From Lingula anatina (Eukaryota > Animalia > Brachiopoda): 64,000 nucleotides of DNA. The stretch covers positions 16,886,534-16,950,533 of the forward strand of contig CM120644.1 of assembly GCA_051362555.1 (NCBI GenBank). Direction: 5' to 3'. Below, one piece after another: positions 31,740 to 46,461 of the stretch (positions are counted from its first letter, which is position 1; each line of letters begins with the position of its first letter). The translations under genes and the position numbers were made by a program. The notes under the pieces were generated by a model. The model ran no database searches. It was given only the letters and a program-made list of their open reading frames with translations, and had not been told where the DNA came from.

Positions 31740-34700
31740 TAAAAGTAAAGAGGAAAATTCTAAAAACATGAATGAAATCTGTTTAAATGTAGCATATGTG
31801 CTCATAAATATATCCTGTATTCTAAAGTAACACCAGCTCCTCAAATGATGCAATATACAACACAAATGCTGACATTTAATAATTAAAATAGATCATTTAG
31901 TGCACAGCAAAAGTCGTGATGATTTCAAGTTGACCTGAACACAATAACTGACTCCTAAATCTAGGTGCTGCTGAGTAGTTTCCAAAAAAAAAAAAAAAAA
32001 ACTCAGGTAATCATCCAGGTAGTTTTCAACAAAAAGAGAGGAAAACATCCAATTTTACCACTTCTGTTCCCACCAAAAGAGTTAAGGTCCTGTGCATATT
32101 GTGATCCACATGGGATAAGAAGTTACAAAAGAACATTAAAGGACAAAAAGTGCTCTGTAAAAAAACATTGTGGAATAACCCTAAATGGCTACAAATGTCT
32201 GCTGAAAAATCTGCCCACCCACTCTCTGCAGCACTTAAAACTCCATTTTCACAGTGAAAAGTTCTATATGGAAAAGAAGTATTTAACTGTTTGAACAATG
32301 TCTTGAACTATGAATACCTGTTTTCCACTTACAGCAATTTGCAGGAAATGATCTTCACAATAGCCTGGGACTTGTTTCTGAAAGTTTCTGCACTTTATTG
32401 TGACTTGTTGTACACCCTCGGCCATAAGAAACAAAGGGCACGTAGACCAAAAAAATCACCCAAATCTCTCCCAACTAACAGCAGCTACATTACTATAATG
32501 TATATGTCCACTGCTTCCGACTAGCAAAGCTCATTGAAACTAATGTAAAAATCAAGTTCACATGCAGAAACAATTTAACTTTCGGAACAAGGTTTAAAAT
32601 GCTAAGGTCCAACAAAAAAGGGTACAGAAAAGGAGCCTCCACTTTTGCATGGTTTCAACAACCATGACATTAATTAGGGCTCATTCCCAATAAAATTATC
32701 ATGCTACGTAGATCGATCCAACTCCACAGGGTCTCTCGCTAAATACAATCAGATTAACAGATTCCAGCTTCCTGCTGGCATTGGGTAGAATACAGAAAAG
32801 CTAATGATTATGCAACAACATTACACCAAGAATTGGTGTGTTAATCTATTGATCTGATCGCATTTAGCAAGAGTCACTACGGAGTTAGATCGATCTAAGT
32901 AGAACAATAGTTTCGTTGGGAATGAGCCCCTTAGTCTGTTTCTGATTCAAGTTAGACCCGATGTGAACATGCTCACAAGGCAACCACCCCAAACATGACA
33001 GCCATGACCATAACAGAGATATATGCCCCCATTATACTTGACCCCCGCCCTTAGCATTCTCTCCCTCCAAGGTTTGCCGGACAAGTTTTTCTGCCTCCTC
33101 TGTTCATTAAAACAGGGCAGATGACACATAGATCTTTAATAATCAGCTATCAATGTCCAGTAAATAATAAATGCCACATACATCAAAATATGCAACAAAG
33201 ATATTAGTAACCTCCTTCAGCAAAAATCAAAAAAAAAATGTGCAACATGTGTTAGAACCATTTTAGGTTACTCTTCAGTAAGAAGGGCAGTGACGTGGGC
33301 ATTTCTGAACAATAGGAAATACAGACATTGTGCACTGAGTTGGGCTATATTTGATCAAAACAAAATGGACTACCACATGTGTTAGATGATCAGTTAACTG
33401 TGTCTCTGTATTTACATGTATTTATGTATTTCAATTTTTTACCACATTTTACGAGCAGCAAACTATGAATGAATGAATGAATGAAAGAATGAATGAATGA
33501 ATGAATGAATAAATGAATGAATGAATGAATGAATGAATGAATAAATGAATGAATGAATGAATGAATACAAGAGAATGAAGGCATCCCTCCTTGAATCATG
33601 AACTACATCACAGTACATATTCAATGGGAAAGTCATGTTCAAAATCCTATGCCTCACCTACAAGGCATTTCTGAACATAATTTTTTTTTTCTTTAAAAGG
33701 AAATGAATTTCACAAGATACTTGTTCCAAAGTCCAAAACTAGTAAAAAAAAAAAAACTCTGATCATTTATTTAGTTTATAACAGCTTAAACAATTATTTC
33801 ACACTTTTGAGTTTAGACTCCGTACAGAATTCCACACATAAAGATGTAATTAAGCAATAAACAATCATACAAGGGTTCTCATTCATACGTAGCCTTCACA
33901 TTTTTATACCCCCTGGACCGACCCAAAACTTTTAATTGCTACATAAAAAACAAAAATAATTGCTTTCATGCTGAGTGACATGGGCACACAATGGACATTT
34001 TGAATTCAGTAGAAGTCAAGCCATATCTTTTTCCTCCCTCCTCAATTTGTGAAAAGCTTTGCGATGTATCAACAAAATTAATTTTGCTTTTTAGCAAAAC
34101 TAAATTTTCTGGGCAGCTTCAAAAAACTGTCTTTCATAATATGGTTCAAATTCATTATCAATATTTCATATTTCAGTATCTTTTTGAAAAAGAATACCAA
34201 CAACAACTAAAAAAGAAAGGGCAGAGGTTAAGACATCATGTTTTTAACCCCCCCCCAAAAAAAAAAATACAGCCTTTTCAGAAAACTTTTTAAAATGTGA
34301 TTCTCACATTCATAACTATAAGCATAGCACACACGCACACGCACACGCACATACACACACACCAAACTCACCTTCGCCTGTTTCAGGCAGCCCTCCAAGT
34401 TGAACCCTGACCTCCAATGGTACCACATGACCTACATACACTGGGGACGACAGCACCAAAACCTCCACATGACTAATGAAAGGACCTTCTGTTGTGAAGA
34501 CGCTGACAAACTCCTCACTGGCTCCCCCTAGTGAGCTGTTACTGTTGCACACACTGCTGACAGTCCCAAGGAGACAGCTGAAGTTTAGAAGTGGTACAGT
34601 GAGACATTCTGAAATATTCTGTAAAACATTTTAATTACTTGCCTTCTTATATTGAAGGAAACCTATAACCCTCTGCCCAAAGATAATATGAATTGTGAAA

Positions 34701-37700
34701 GACAATTATTTACTTTACAAAACACAGATATATAAGCAGAACTCCTAATTAAGCCAACATTTGAAATCAACTTTATTATCTGTTTTGAGTCACTCCATTT
34801 CTTTGAAGTATGTGTGTGTGTGTGTGTTTGTGTGTGTGTGTGCATGCGTGCACTTGCCTGTGCTTGCATGTTTTATAAAATTTTTCAGTTTTCTCCTTGC
34901 ATTTTTCTTATTCTTAAACCAATAGCTTTTTTCCCCTTTACTAGCAAATATTTTTTTTCCAAAACACAGCATTAAAACACACGACTATCACTACTTTGTT
35001 ACCAAATTTCATCAAATCCTGCAAAACAAATCTATCACCTGGCTGTGTCTTTCCAATATCCTTAAAAACAACCTGAAACTTAATACACATAAAACCTACC
35101 CCCCTCTCCTAGCATATTACTTTGAAGGAAATAAAACCTGCAGCTCAGCTGAAAACATTAAGTCAACAACTCCTTGTAGAGTTCCTCACATTTGCTCAGC
35201 AGTTTTTGCACAGCTGTCTTCTCCTAACTTACACCTCCTTACAAAATATCACCCAACCTGAAAGCCATGTGCAACAAACTTATAAATTAGCAGGCTCTGA
35301 AACCTTGTGTGAGTTCTCCCCCCCCCCCCCCCAAAAAAAAAAAAAAAAAAAGACAAATATTTCCTTAATTCCTATATCTTTTAGTTTAGAAACAACAACA
35401 CTTGCCTGATTAGCCTTCCTGAAATGTGTCACAAATGCATTCAACAAACCAAAGACATCTACTTCTCCATACCTATAGTTATACATCCAGGTTGGACCTA
35501 CCTACTCACCCCCCTCCCTCACCCCCACCCCTGCTCCTCCATCTTTCATCCCTCTCCCTCGAGCTCTCCACAGCTGTCATGACCTTATTACTTCACTTTT
35601 TCTCAATCTTTTTCCAAACTTCTCTTTACCATTACTTATAAATGGCTCATGTACACCATAGACCCCATTCCCAGAGAGTAGATCGATCCAAAGTAGATCG
35701 ACCTAACTCCCTGGGGGTTCACGCTAAATAACTGTCAGCCGAGCGGACACGAAAGTTAATTACCCCCTTACAGCTTGTAGTAGGCAGGACGGACATTTAA
35801 GCCGGATTATCTAGTGAGACTCCCCACGGGGATAGATCGATCTAAATGTCTGGGAATACGTCCATACACTCACCAAGGTACTGCTTGGACTGCATTCAAT
35901 GCCGTCTTATACAAGGCATACACTAACCATACTTCAGAACTGGAGGCTTGCACTGACAACAGCCTTGTGTTATGTCAAACCTTAAAGTATTATTCTAAGT
36001 GGATGTTGGACTCTTGGGGGGGGGGGGGGAATAGAACAGCAGAGCTTCCTTTCAACTATAGATTGGATCTGGGGTTGAGAAGAATAGAAAGAGAGCGGGC
36101 CTACCCAACTACCAGACTCGGCACCGAATGGTCCCGAGTTCACCGGTAGATCAGACCACACCACCCATTTTCAAGGTGTGTATCAGTACGCGCTACGAAG
36201 TATCAGAAGCGACACCGCTCTTACCTAGTACGCGATGTGATAGTGATGATTCTCAACGGGGTTGGAAAGTAGTACATCTCATCTCAAAATTTGTTCTGGG
36301 GTATGATACTGTGAAATGCGTACTGACGCACACCTTGAAAGTGGGTATTGTGGTCCAATCTACAGGTGAATTCGGGATCACTTGGTGTCGAGTCTGGTAG
36401 TTAGGTAGGCTGGGAGAGGCAAAGGGGAGTGATGCAGACAAGCATCTACTTTCTTGAAAGAATCTTTAGTCATACAAGGTTTTTCACAAACCCCTTTTGA
36501 ACGCAGCCCTCGTCTGCTTTGGTATATTGGATACACATGGGTAAACTTTCACCAGGTTCAGTGTGGTGAGCTAGTCAGGCAACACAGTAATAATGTACAC
36601 ACCCTTTCCACTGTGCAGTGTGTTTGTTTTAGTTAATGCTTACATCAGAGAACTCTGCTTGTTTGGTAGTATAATAACCCAACTTAAAATTAAACTTCTT
36701 TTTTTTTTTTTCTTGCTGGAAGACTGAGTTAGACAGAATCGAATGATTTCTATCTAATCGGGCTAACACAAGCATAAATCTCATTGCAGAGGTTGTTTTT
36801 TTTTTATTAGTCTAAGACTTAAAGTTTGAGGAAACGGCAATTGTGGAAAAAATTTTTCAGCCAAATTGCTTAAACTTTTAGTCAAGCAAAGCTTTTGAGT
36901 CAAAAAGCACCAATATATGTTAGCAAGAAAAGATCAAATATTTAATTTTTCTGTTCCATCAAAGTAATTTTTTTCAGAAAATGGTAATATCTTCACAGAC
37001 ATGTAGAGCATGCTTGTGTAAGACCAGCTTTACCGCAAGCGGAAGTTTCCTTCCTATTTCTGTCTGACAGAAATCTCTTCTAAATCACCAAATATGAAAA
37101 ATACACCAGGCCTTCCCTTAGAATAATAAACCCTTTTTATGCCACAGATTAAATTTAGTTTCCTTGGCAACAGGTTATAGAAAAGGGCCCTCTCCATTTC
37201 ATACGCCCTTTCTTCTATGACGGCTCCTCGCTGAGGGGCCTCGCACCAGTCATACAAAACAAACAGCGGCTTATTTTGAAGAGCTCCGGTTACTATTATA
37301 AGTGGAAAACTGGGTGGTGACCAGCTAATGCAATAACTATACGCAATGGTGTGTCTGACTAGCTTGGGTCCATTTCCCATGATCTTATAAACCCATCAAT
37401 TAGCTTCTGCCCAATATGACGTCTTCTTTTTTTAAAAATAAAAACTGGACAATGGTAATTGCTATTACATGTACTTGTACGAGCACTCAATATTCTTGGC
37501 AGCCTCATTTTATTTCAATGTTTCACTCTCAGGCTTTGCCATTTTAAAAATAGAAAATCAATTCTCAAACTATTCAAAATGCACTCAGTTACCTCTGATG
37601 ACATATTTGCCTGTAATCATGGGAGTAAAAAAAAAGACCCCCACAAATTCCCAATCAAGATTCAATAGATAATTGTTACCCAACGGGAGCACTGTTTACA

Positions 37701-38966
37701 TGAACTCTCTGACTTGTTCGTAGCTTGTGTTCTCATTGCCCTTTTCAATGACCTTGACATTTCACCGTAAAAAAAGGGAATTCATAATAAGTCTTTACTG
37801 ACTTACAGGCCTTTGTCACAACAATCACTTCACTCCACTCCAAAAAGCCATGAGTGGAATATCAAAAGTATTTCTGAATTGAAAAGCATGCCATACTTGC
37901 AACTCTGTAGAAGTACAGCAGAACTCAAATACAGGGTCGCACAAGGACAATTTTTTAAAAGAATCCTTGAACAAAAGCATATCAACATGGCTGCCTTAAT
38001 CAATATAGCCCTCTACTAGCTTAATATATGCAACTCTGACTAAGTACAAAAAAATATATTTTTCAAAACAAGTTCCATTCACATTATGACAGGAGTCAAG
38101 AGTTGGCAATGCATGCGTCAATTAGAAAGATTCCCAACGGAAACCTCCCTTTTTTTTTTTACTCTTAACACAGGTGGTACATAGAACACTTTTCATACAA
38201 CCTGTAATATATAACAATTAGGGAGCATTAAGTATTTACAGAAGTGTTCAAGTGTTTTGGTCACTGCAAACCTTGGTGTGAACCATGGGACACAGTGGTT
38301 ACTTATGTTTTATGTGTATCCTATCAGCACAAGAGTGCCCGTGGATTTGCATGTGTGTGTGTGTGTGTGCGTGTGCCTCTTTCTTGAAAGCGCACAATAC
38401 TGTCCTGTACGTCATAATGTAACATAACGAGTTAAAACACCTCAAAGAGACCTGTGAAAGAGAAGAGAAACATATTTGAGATATTTTCTAATTCTTAACT
38501 TTTCACTCTTACTGAATAGAAAAGTCTTCTGAGGACATGTTTTTAGAGCTTGGATTTATAATCCTAGCATTTGACAGAGAGCCCAAAATAATAAAATGTG
38601 CCATTTTTTTCTTTATTGAAATTTTGCACTAAATACCATGAAATATTTCAATTGAAGGCTGTGTAAAAAATAATCAGCATAAAATATTGGGATGAATTTG
38701 TGTCACTGTTCAAAACACCATTCTGACAGATGATAAAATATTTTTGTTTAAACCATAAACCTTGAAAGAAATTGTGCTCAAACTGCCATTCACTGTAGCA
38801 TGAAAGTCTTTAAAATACACATTACTATGTGATAAAACAGCCATTCACAACCAGTCATGACCAAGAGTTCAGAGCACTTTGACCACCTGCCAAAAAGTAC
38901 ACAGGTGTCAGAGCATTTCTGAATCAGCTTCTACTGTGGGCACTATCAAAGATTCTACCCCTCCCT

Positions 38967-39027
<61 letters not shown>

Positions 39028-39074
39028 CCCCCCTCCCTCCCTCTCTCTCTCTCTCTCTCTCTCCCTCCTCCCCT

Positions 39075-39121
<47 letters not shown>

Positions 39122-40547
39122 TCTCTCTCTCCATCTGTCTGACTGCCATTATTCAACCAAAACTCCACAACAAAATTATGAAAAAATCTACAATCAAAAC
39201 AATATTTTACCTGCTTGTTTCCCAGTAATCAGGAAAGCATCTATGCAAAAGTCCAGTGAGAATAAAAAATTCCAACTGCCAAGCATCACACTGTTAGTAC
39301 CTTGAAATGACTTGAAATCTCAAGTTACCGTGTGGTAAAACAACCAATCAGAGTGGAGAGTTCAGAATATTTGCGATCACCTGCTGTTTACAACACAGGT
39401 GGGTGTCAGCGAATTCCTTATCCCGCTTCTACTGACTGGCTTATAAAAGTACGCCCCAGCAGGTGATTTCTAAATAAAACACACTCAGCCATATTCTTTT
39501 AAAGTTCCCACAATACAATATTTGCTTGTCATGTATTACAAAAATAATCTTTTTCCACCTGCGTATCAGTGTGTGTATGTGTGTGTGTGTGTGTATGCGT
39601 GCGTGCGTGTGTGTGTGCACCTGTACTCCTGCACGCATATACATGCATGCTTCTGTGATAGCGCCATGCATGATAAACAATTGGATGTAAGCCCAAACAT
39701 ATAAACTGTATAAAATTCAATGAAGAACATGAAAATTAAGTTGCCACACTATAACATTTCCTTTGAGACAAATTACAAAGCCAGACTGAACAATTACATC
39801 CTTGCATTGAATTCTACACGTAATACATCATCTAGTGTAGTACAATGACAGACAGAGAAAAAAAGTCTAACACTGGTACAATGACAAAAAGAGAAAAAAA
39901 GTCTAACAGGCCAAAAACCAGGATAACCGTCTGCTTAATCAGTGCATGTGTACTTAAATCATTTCGCTCCCCTTTAACAATTATAACTCAACTTGAGAAG
40001 ACCCCCTTTTTCCTCATCATTTAATTGTTTCAAGATTTTTGGATAGCTACTCACATAAGATTTGTGCTTAAATTTTCTTACCAAAAATTAGCAGCCACCT
40101 TTTTCAATTGTTTAAGAAAAATGTTAAAAATAAATGTTTTTTAAAAAGCATTTTTCAAAATAAATTTACCATACTCAATTCAGATGTTTACAAGAAATGT
40201 AATTTACAGATTTCTAGTGAGCTTTTTACCACTTTATATTGAATTCTTTGCCCAGCCCTGCCCAACACAAACATTTTTCACTCGCGAATTACTTGAACTG
40301 TGTCAACCAAGAGCTTGAACTACACGGATCCGGTGTCAGAATTTTTTCATCAAACACCGCTCGAGTAACCAGTAAACGTTTTCCCACACAAAAAAGTCTC
40401 TGTGACGCTGCGCCAAAGCCGATCATCCTGAGCCAGGTGTAAGCCATCTCATGTGTCCGTCTTATGTTCCCTTTACACTAGGTTATAACTTTTATGCACT
40501 GTACGACAAAGAACGAGAAATTAAATGCGACATGCTCAAGAGAAGGT

Positions 40548-40590
<43 letters not shown>

Positions 40591-40991
40591 AGAAGAGGGA
40601 AGGAGAAAAGGAGAGAGAAAAAGATAGAGCAAGAGGTGGGGCCAAATGAAAATGTAACGTGCAATTCAGCACTTTCTCCATTAGCACGAACTGCTGAGTA
40701 AAAGGTAAGGTACTCCGAAGGCTTCATCAATGAGGAAATAAAAACTTGTGAAAAGTAAATTCCACAGTGAGAGGCTTATTTTCAAGACAGCTGTCAAATT
40801 TGCAACTCAATTTAGAAAGACAGGAAAGAGGAAACGAGCTGCTTTGCTAGCCCATATTTTCAAAAGTTTCCTGTGTAGGAGTGACCTGAAAGGACCTCCA
40901 AGTCCCAAGGACTTGCTTGGACTGCTTCTAAACCCAAGACCCCTTCTGCATAAAAATAGAGTTCAATTCATTCACCTGGGATAGTGTGTGA

Positions 40992-41056
<65 letters not shown>

Positions 41057-44000
41057 GTATGTGTGTGAAAGAGAGAGAAAGAGAAAGGGAATTTAACTTC
41101 TTCATTTCCTGGTGACATGTTTCACACCTGAAACTGTTTATTCTAAAACCGGTCCGTTACATGGCCTGTGCCAAAAACGCATGCTGAGTCTAAATTAAAG
41201 ATTTTATCAGGTAAAATTAAAGTCTTCCATTTTCCATAAAAAATGATTTAAAAGCCCCATAGCTCCTTGCCGTACAAGGGGAGAGGAGTGACACGGGGAC
41301 AGGGGGGATGAATGTATTCCTAAGTAACATTAAGTTAATTGACCGATGACAGGTCACTGTGCCTTGCTGTTGACCTTGTGGTTGACCTTGAGAGGATACC
41401 AGTGAGAGGGACCCAGTGAGAGGGGTACCTGTTACGAGGTAGAAAATTTCAACTATCTGCTCATTTTCTTTTTTCTGGCTTATTTCTACGACAAGTAAAT
41501 TGGTCTGGATTATTGTCCTGACTATGACTAACACATTCTTTTCTATATAAATGAATTCTTCTTTTAGTAATTTGATATTGCTTGGTCTCTTGAATGACTT
41601 TATTACCAGGACGTCAAGTCACGAACTTATCAAAATTTCACGTGTGTATCGCCTGTCTACATGCTTGTCAGGGTGATGCACCTGGGGATTATAGCGATAT
41701 CCCACTGTCACCTAGATGTCACCCTGTCTTATCTGTCACCATGTCACACCTTTGTCACCAGGTCATGTCACACCTGTTAAAGATGATGTCACAAGGTCAC
41801 GTAATGCCCTCTCTGTGACTTTCACAGGAACTTATCAATATAACACCTGTGTAACACCTGTCTCCATGCTTGTCAGTGTGACACACCTGAGGATTATGGT
41901 GTCACCCCACTGTCCGCATGTCACCTAGTTGTCACTGTGTCACGTCTGTCACCATGTCACACCTGGATGACATCGTGTTAAAGATCATATCACCAAGTCG
42001 TGTCCGGACTGTGACATTCGCACTGGCAGGATACCAAATGCAAGTTGAAATGCCAATAAAACCAAATCAGAAAATTTTATAATTTTTCTAATTCATGAAA
42101 CAATGTTTTTTTTCACTAGATTCTTGTCTAAGACCCCTCAGGAACGAAGGACTAGTAGGCTACAAAACATCTTTGTCACAGACTGTGTCACTGCACAACC
42201 AAGTGTCACCATAACACCTGCTATCAACAAGTCTCACCTGTTGTTACAGCGGTCCTCAGTAGTCTGTAGATAACCAGTAATGTCTCTAGTGCAATCGCAG
42301 CTTGACCCTTTTACCACTGTATAGGTGTACCTGAAAGTACAGTAGACAAAAATGTGGTAATACTTTAAGTCAATACCTGTATTTACATGGTAGGATACAT
42401 GTGGACTGTTAAAGGAATGTTGGGGCTCACTATCGTATTACAACAGATGTCATTCTAGTAAAGATTTGAAATTTTTATTCAAAAGCAAAGAATTCTGAGA
42501 AAAATATCACTTTTATCTTCTTAGGTGTGCAGCTTCACGTTTCATTTTGATGAGTGTTCTGGCAGCTGAATTGTTTCTGTACAAAGTCTGGTGTCATCCT
42601 AAGTTTTAGAGCAGTTTATTTAAACAGTGTTATTTAACAATTCATCACGAGCCACAAACAAACTTTGTTTGATAAACAACCACTATTAAAGGTACTGTCT
42701 TGAAGATGGACTCTCTCTGTAAAAAATCTGTTATAAATCACCAATTATAATTTTTGCTTCAGTTTGGTATATGTCAGTCTCTTTCTGGTTACCATGGATC
42801 ACAAATAAATGCCAAATGTTTCTGCTGTTGTTTTAACTGTTCAGAAGTTGCAATTGATTTCTGCATGTTTAAAAATATACCCAAGTTGCCTGTCTGGTGT
42901 AATTACGCTGACATGTACTTGCAACTGGGCACAACATACTAAAATAGTAACGCATAATGTCCTAGTTGGGGCACCTAAAACTCTGACAGCTGAAATAAAA
43001 GATTGATCAGTTTTTGCCGTGAAAATATATTCCCTAAGAGGATTCAGGAAGTGTACATTTCTGTCCTTTCTATTTTTTAAATCACTCTACCAAAATGAGA
43101 TGGAACCTTTAAAAATATTTTTTTGGTTTTTATTAACAAAACTAGAATATCTTATATACCATTTTTCCAAGATCTTATCACAAGTAATAGGAGTATGGCT
43201 TAGAACTGCCTTCCGAGCTTACATCTGCAAACCAAATGATGTATTCAAGTAGACAGGTGGGCCCCAGATGAGAAGCACCAACATAATTCTAAAAATATAC
43301 ATCAAGCGTTCAAAAAAGGGAAAAAACAAAATCTGGAGAATCTTACCCTGCTACTAAGCACTGCCGGCTGCAATCTGAAGGAGACACTGGCAGCGAATCA
43401 TTCCTGGGAAGAACTAGGACATCACTTGTAGTTGTTGTTCCATTACCATGGAAACAACCCTGGTACCATGGCAACCCTGGAAAACAAACATGCACTGGTT
43501 GGAAGGAATTCAGAGCTTTGAACGTACTCAATGAGGCATTTTAAGATTGATGGATAGACTAAAGCAGGGATGGCTAAATGAAGCATAAAAGAGAAAAAAT
43601 AATTAGAACAGAGAGGAAGCGATTTTGGGCCAGTTTGGCTGTTGTTGTTGCATATATTACCAATATCACCAGCTCTAACTTGCATCCCACTTCGTTCACT
43701 AGGGATTGGGGTGAAAATAAATAGACAAATGTTTCTGCATATATAATTTGAATTTCATGAACATGTTTTTCTTCAAAGAGAAATCAGTCTAAGCAGGATT
43801 TCTTAATGTCACTACTCAAATGAAAGTCTACATGCAAGGCATAAGGTGTCTTAGCAGACATATTTTTTTCAAAATCTCTTTCTCTCTCTGTGCGTACGCA
43901 CGCGTGCATGCATGTATGTGTAACTAATGCTACAAATGTCCTGAATTTACTTCTTGAATTTACTTTTAAAAAAACATCATCTACACAAAAATGACGTCAA

Positions 44001-44162
44001 AAGAAATTTAAGCCTTCTTTTTTTTTTTTTTTTTTTTTTTGAGTACATTCTTTTTAATTGTGCAGGTGGCCGAGAAAGACTCCACTTTCAATGAGGTAGC
44101 TAAGTGCCACTGCCATGGTATATGTCACCTCAGAACGGAGTTCTCATCGATTGCCAGCCAGT

Positions 44163-44248
<86 letters not shown>

Positions 44249-44353
44249 GTTGGCCTTGCCAAGACATTAAAATATTTTTCCTGAAACTACCTTTTCCTTC
44301 ATAAAGATGTATCAGTGAAATAAAGACAGACTCATGGAATTGGTGGCTAGCAA

Positions 44354-44391
<38 letters not shown>

Positions 44392-45144
44392 TTTAAATGC
44401 CTTTAAAAATATGCAGGAAATAGTTAAAAGAAATTAAATTCTATTCACTCAGGACTACTTTTCTTCAATATTCTTCATCATAAATCAATACCTGTAATTT
44501 TTACAAATAATAAATGACCCAATTCTCAGAAAACAAACAGACCATAATGGCCATAAATTTTAATCTTTCAATAAAATCCATACCTGCTTACTTTGACCTC
44601 TGCATAAAAACATTTTTTTCCCCAAACTGAAATTCCTTTGGGAAATAAATCTCTCCCAGCTCACCATTTACACCATCAGTCAAACTTCTCTGATCACTGG
44701 TATGAAGAGTGAGACCCACTGGTAGTTTTCAACCTTAAACACTCGTGACCTTTTGACCTCAGCATCTTTTTTTTCTGCATAAAACTCATAAAAATACCTA
44801 GCAGAAGTGGAGCCTGCAGTTCCTCCGGTTATTGCCCTCCTGTTCAACCCAATGCCCTTTACATAAAACAGCTGAAACAGAGGCGATGACCCAAGTTCGG
44901 ATTTCAATTGTCAAACACAAGAGAAGTTTCACAAGGGGACCGTTTCCCCATCAGTGAAACTTGAAACAAGGTGTCTTTTCTTTGAAAAGGCAATGCAGCT
45001 GAGTAAATGTCAGAATAAAAGAATCTCTTCTGCAGGACCTGGCACAGAGAAGGGAGTTTGTAAACAACAGAAAAATGGGTCAAGCTGAAGCCCAACAACT
45101 TGCAAAAAGCTCCACTCTTTTCAGTTAGCTTACTGTATGCCTTC

Positions 45145-45191
<47 letters not shown>

Positions 45192-46384
45192 TATTCCTTA
45201 ATCTATCCATCCAACCAACTACAATTTTCAAAACTCTTTAATTTCCCAACCTGACATTACATAAACATTTTTCTTTTGTGAGTAGCATAAATTCAGTAAC
45301 AGAGAACACACCTACCTTAATGACATATATATATTTAAAACAGCAAAGTCCTTAATACACTGCCCTAAATAGCAAGTAGTGAATTTGTGGAGAAATGAAA
45401 AGGGAGATTAGTACCTTTGTAAAGTCACGTCCTATAGAACCTCTCGAACCATATCCGCACAGCTGTATCATTAATATATATAATATGTGATGTGAAAAGA
45501 CTTCATTTTCAAATAGATTTTATATAAATATATAAAACCTCAATTTCTACTTCCTCTTTTTTCACAAAAAAAAAAAGAAAAGAAACAGTCACAACAAACA
45601 TCTACAGATTCCCAGTAGATGATCAAGAATCATTTTCATTTCCAGGAAATAAACAAAAAAAAATTAGCTAGTATGTTATTTGCAAAGAACTCTTTTTCTT
45701 AGAAAATTACACAAGAAAGAAAAACAATGATAGAATGTTGCCACAAGCAATATCACATGACCAAATATGCTTCATTTTCAGGAAAGGGTACAAGGATCCA
45801 TTGGCCGCATTCAGAACCGTGGACTAACTAGACCGAGGGTCAAAAATGGCCAACCCACTTGAATACTTTCCACCGGGAATCTATTCAGTGTCTATTAGCG
45901 GATTAGATGACAAGCTTTTAAGCGAGTCGCCATATTTAACCAACGAACTAGTGAGTCCACTGTTCTGAAAGTGGCCATTCATTCTAGAAAAGAGATCTTA
46001 CACTGCAATTGTGATGCATCATCTGACCAACAATCCATTATATCATAAAGTAAAGCCATCGATCAGAAGGTAAAATTCATTAAATAACTATTGTTTGTCT
46101 GCTTTTTTCTCTCTTGTCATCAATCTGTTTGAAACAGTGTAGAATACATAGAAATTGAACAAAGTTAGCTGCTTTCCTTTGAACTAGCACTTGTTAATTT
46201 ATTTCATTCATACAACATGACACCCGCCTCTATATGCTCGTGCGATTCATAAAAGCTTTTCTTTTTCTTTGTCAGAAACTACTCACAGTCAAAATCCAAT
46301 TTCCATTTAGCAGTATTGTGAAGCACTTGATTGCAATTTTTTAGGCGATCAGGTTTCTGATAACACAAACACATTGAGAGAGAG

Positions 46385-46461
<77 letters not shown>

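Noticed and set aside
34578-34620. Upstream acceptors at 34609 and 34619 for exon 4
   Set aside because: They give phase 1 or 0, but exon 3 ends in phase 2; the acceptor at 34578-34579 restores the WSC cysteine pattern
36128-36441. Paired similar ORFs on opposite strands suggesting retroelement protein
   Set aside because: Explained by the inverted repeat; no RT or transposase motifs
40239-40442. CpG-containing patch with short ORFs, possible nested gene or missing exon
   Set aside because: The polycystin frame is complete without it; no recognisable domain or strong splice pair
44092-44105. let-7 seed-like TGAGGTAG
   Set aside because: Match stops after 8 nt; no precursor hairpin seen
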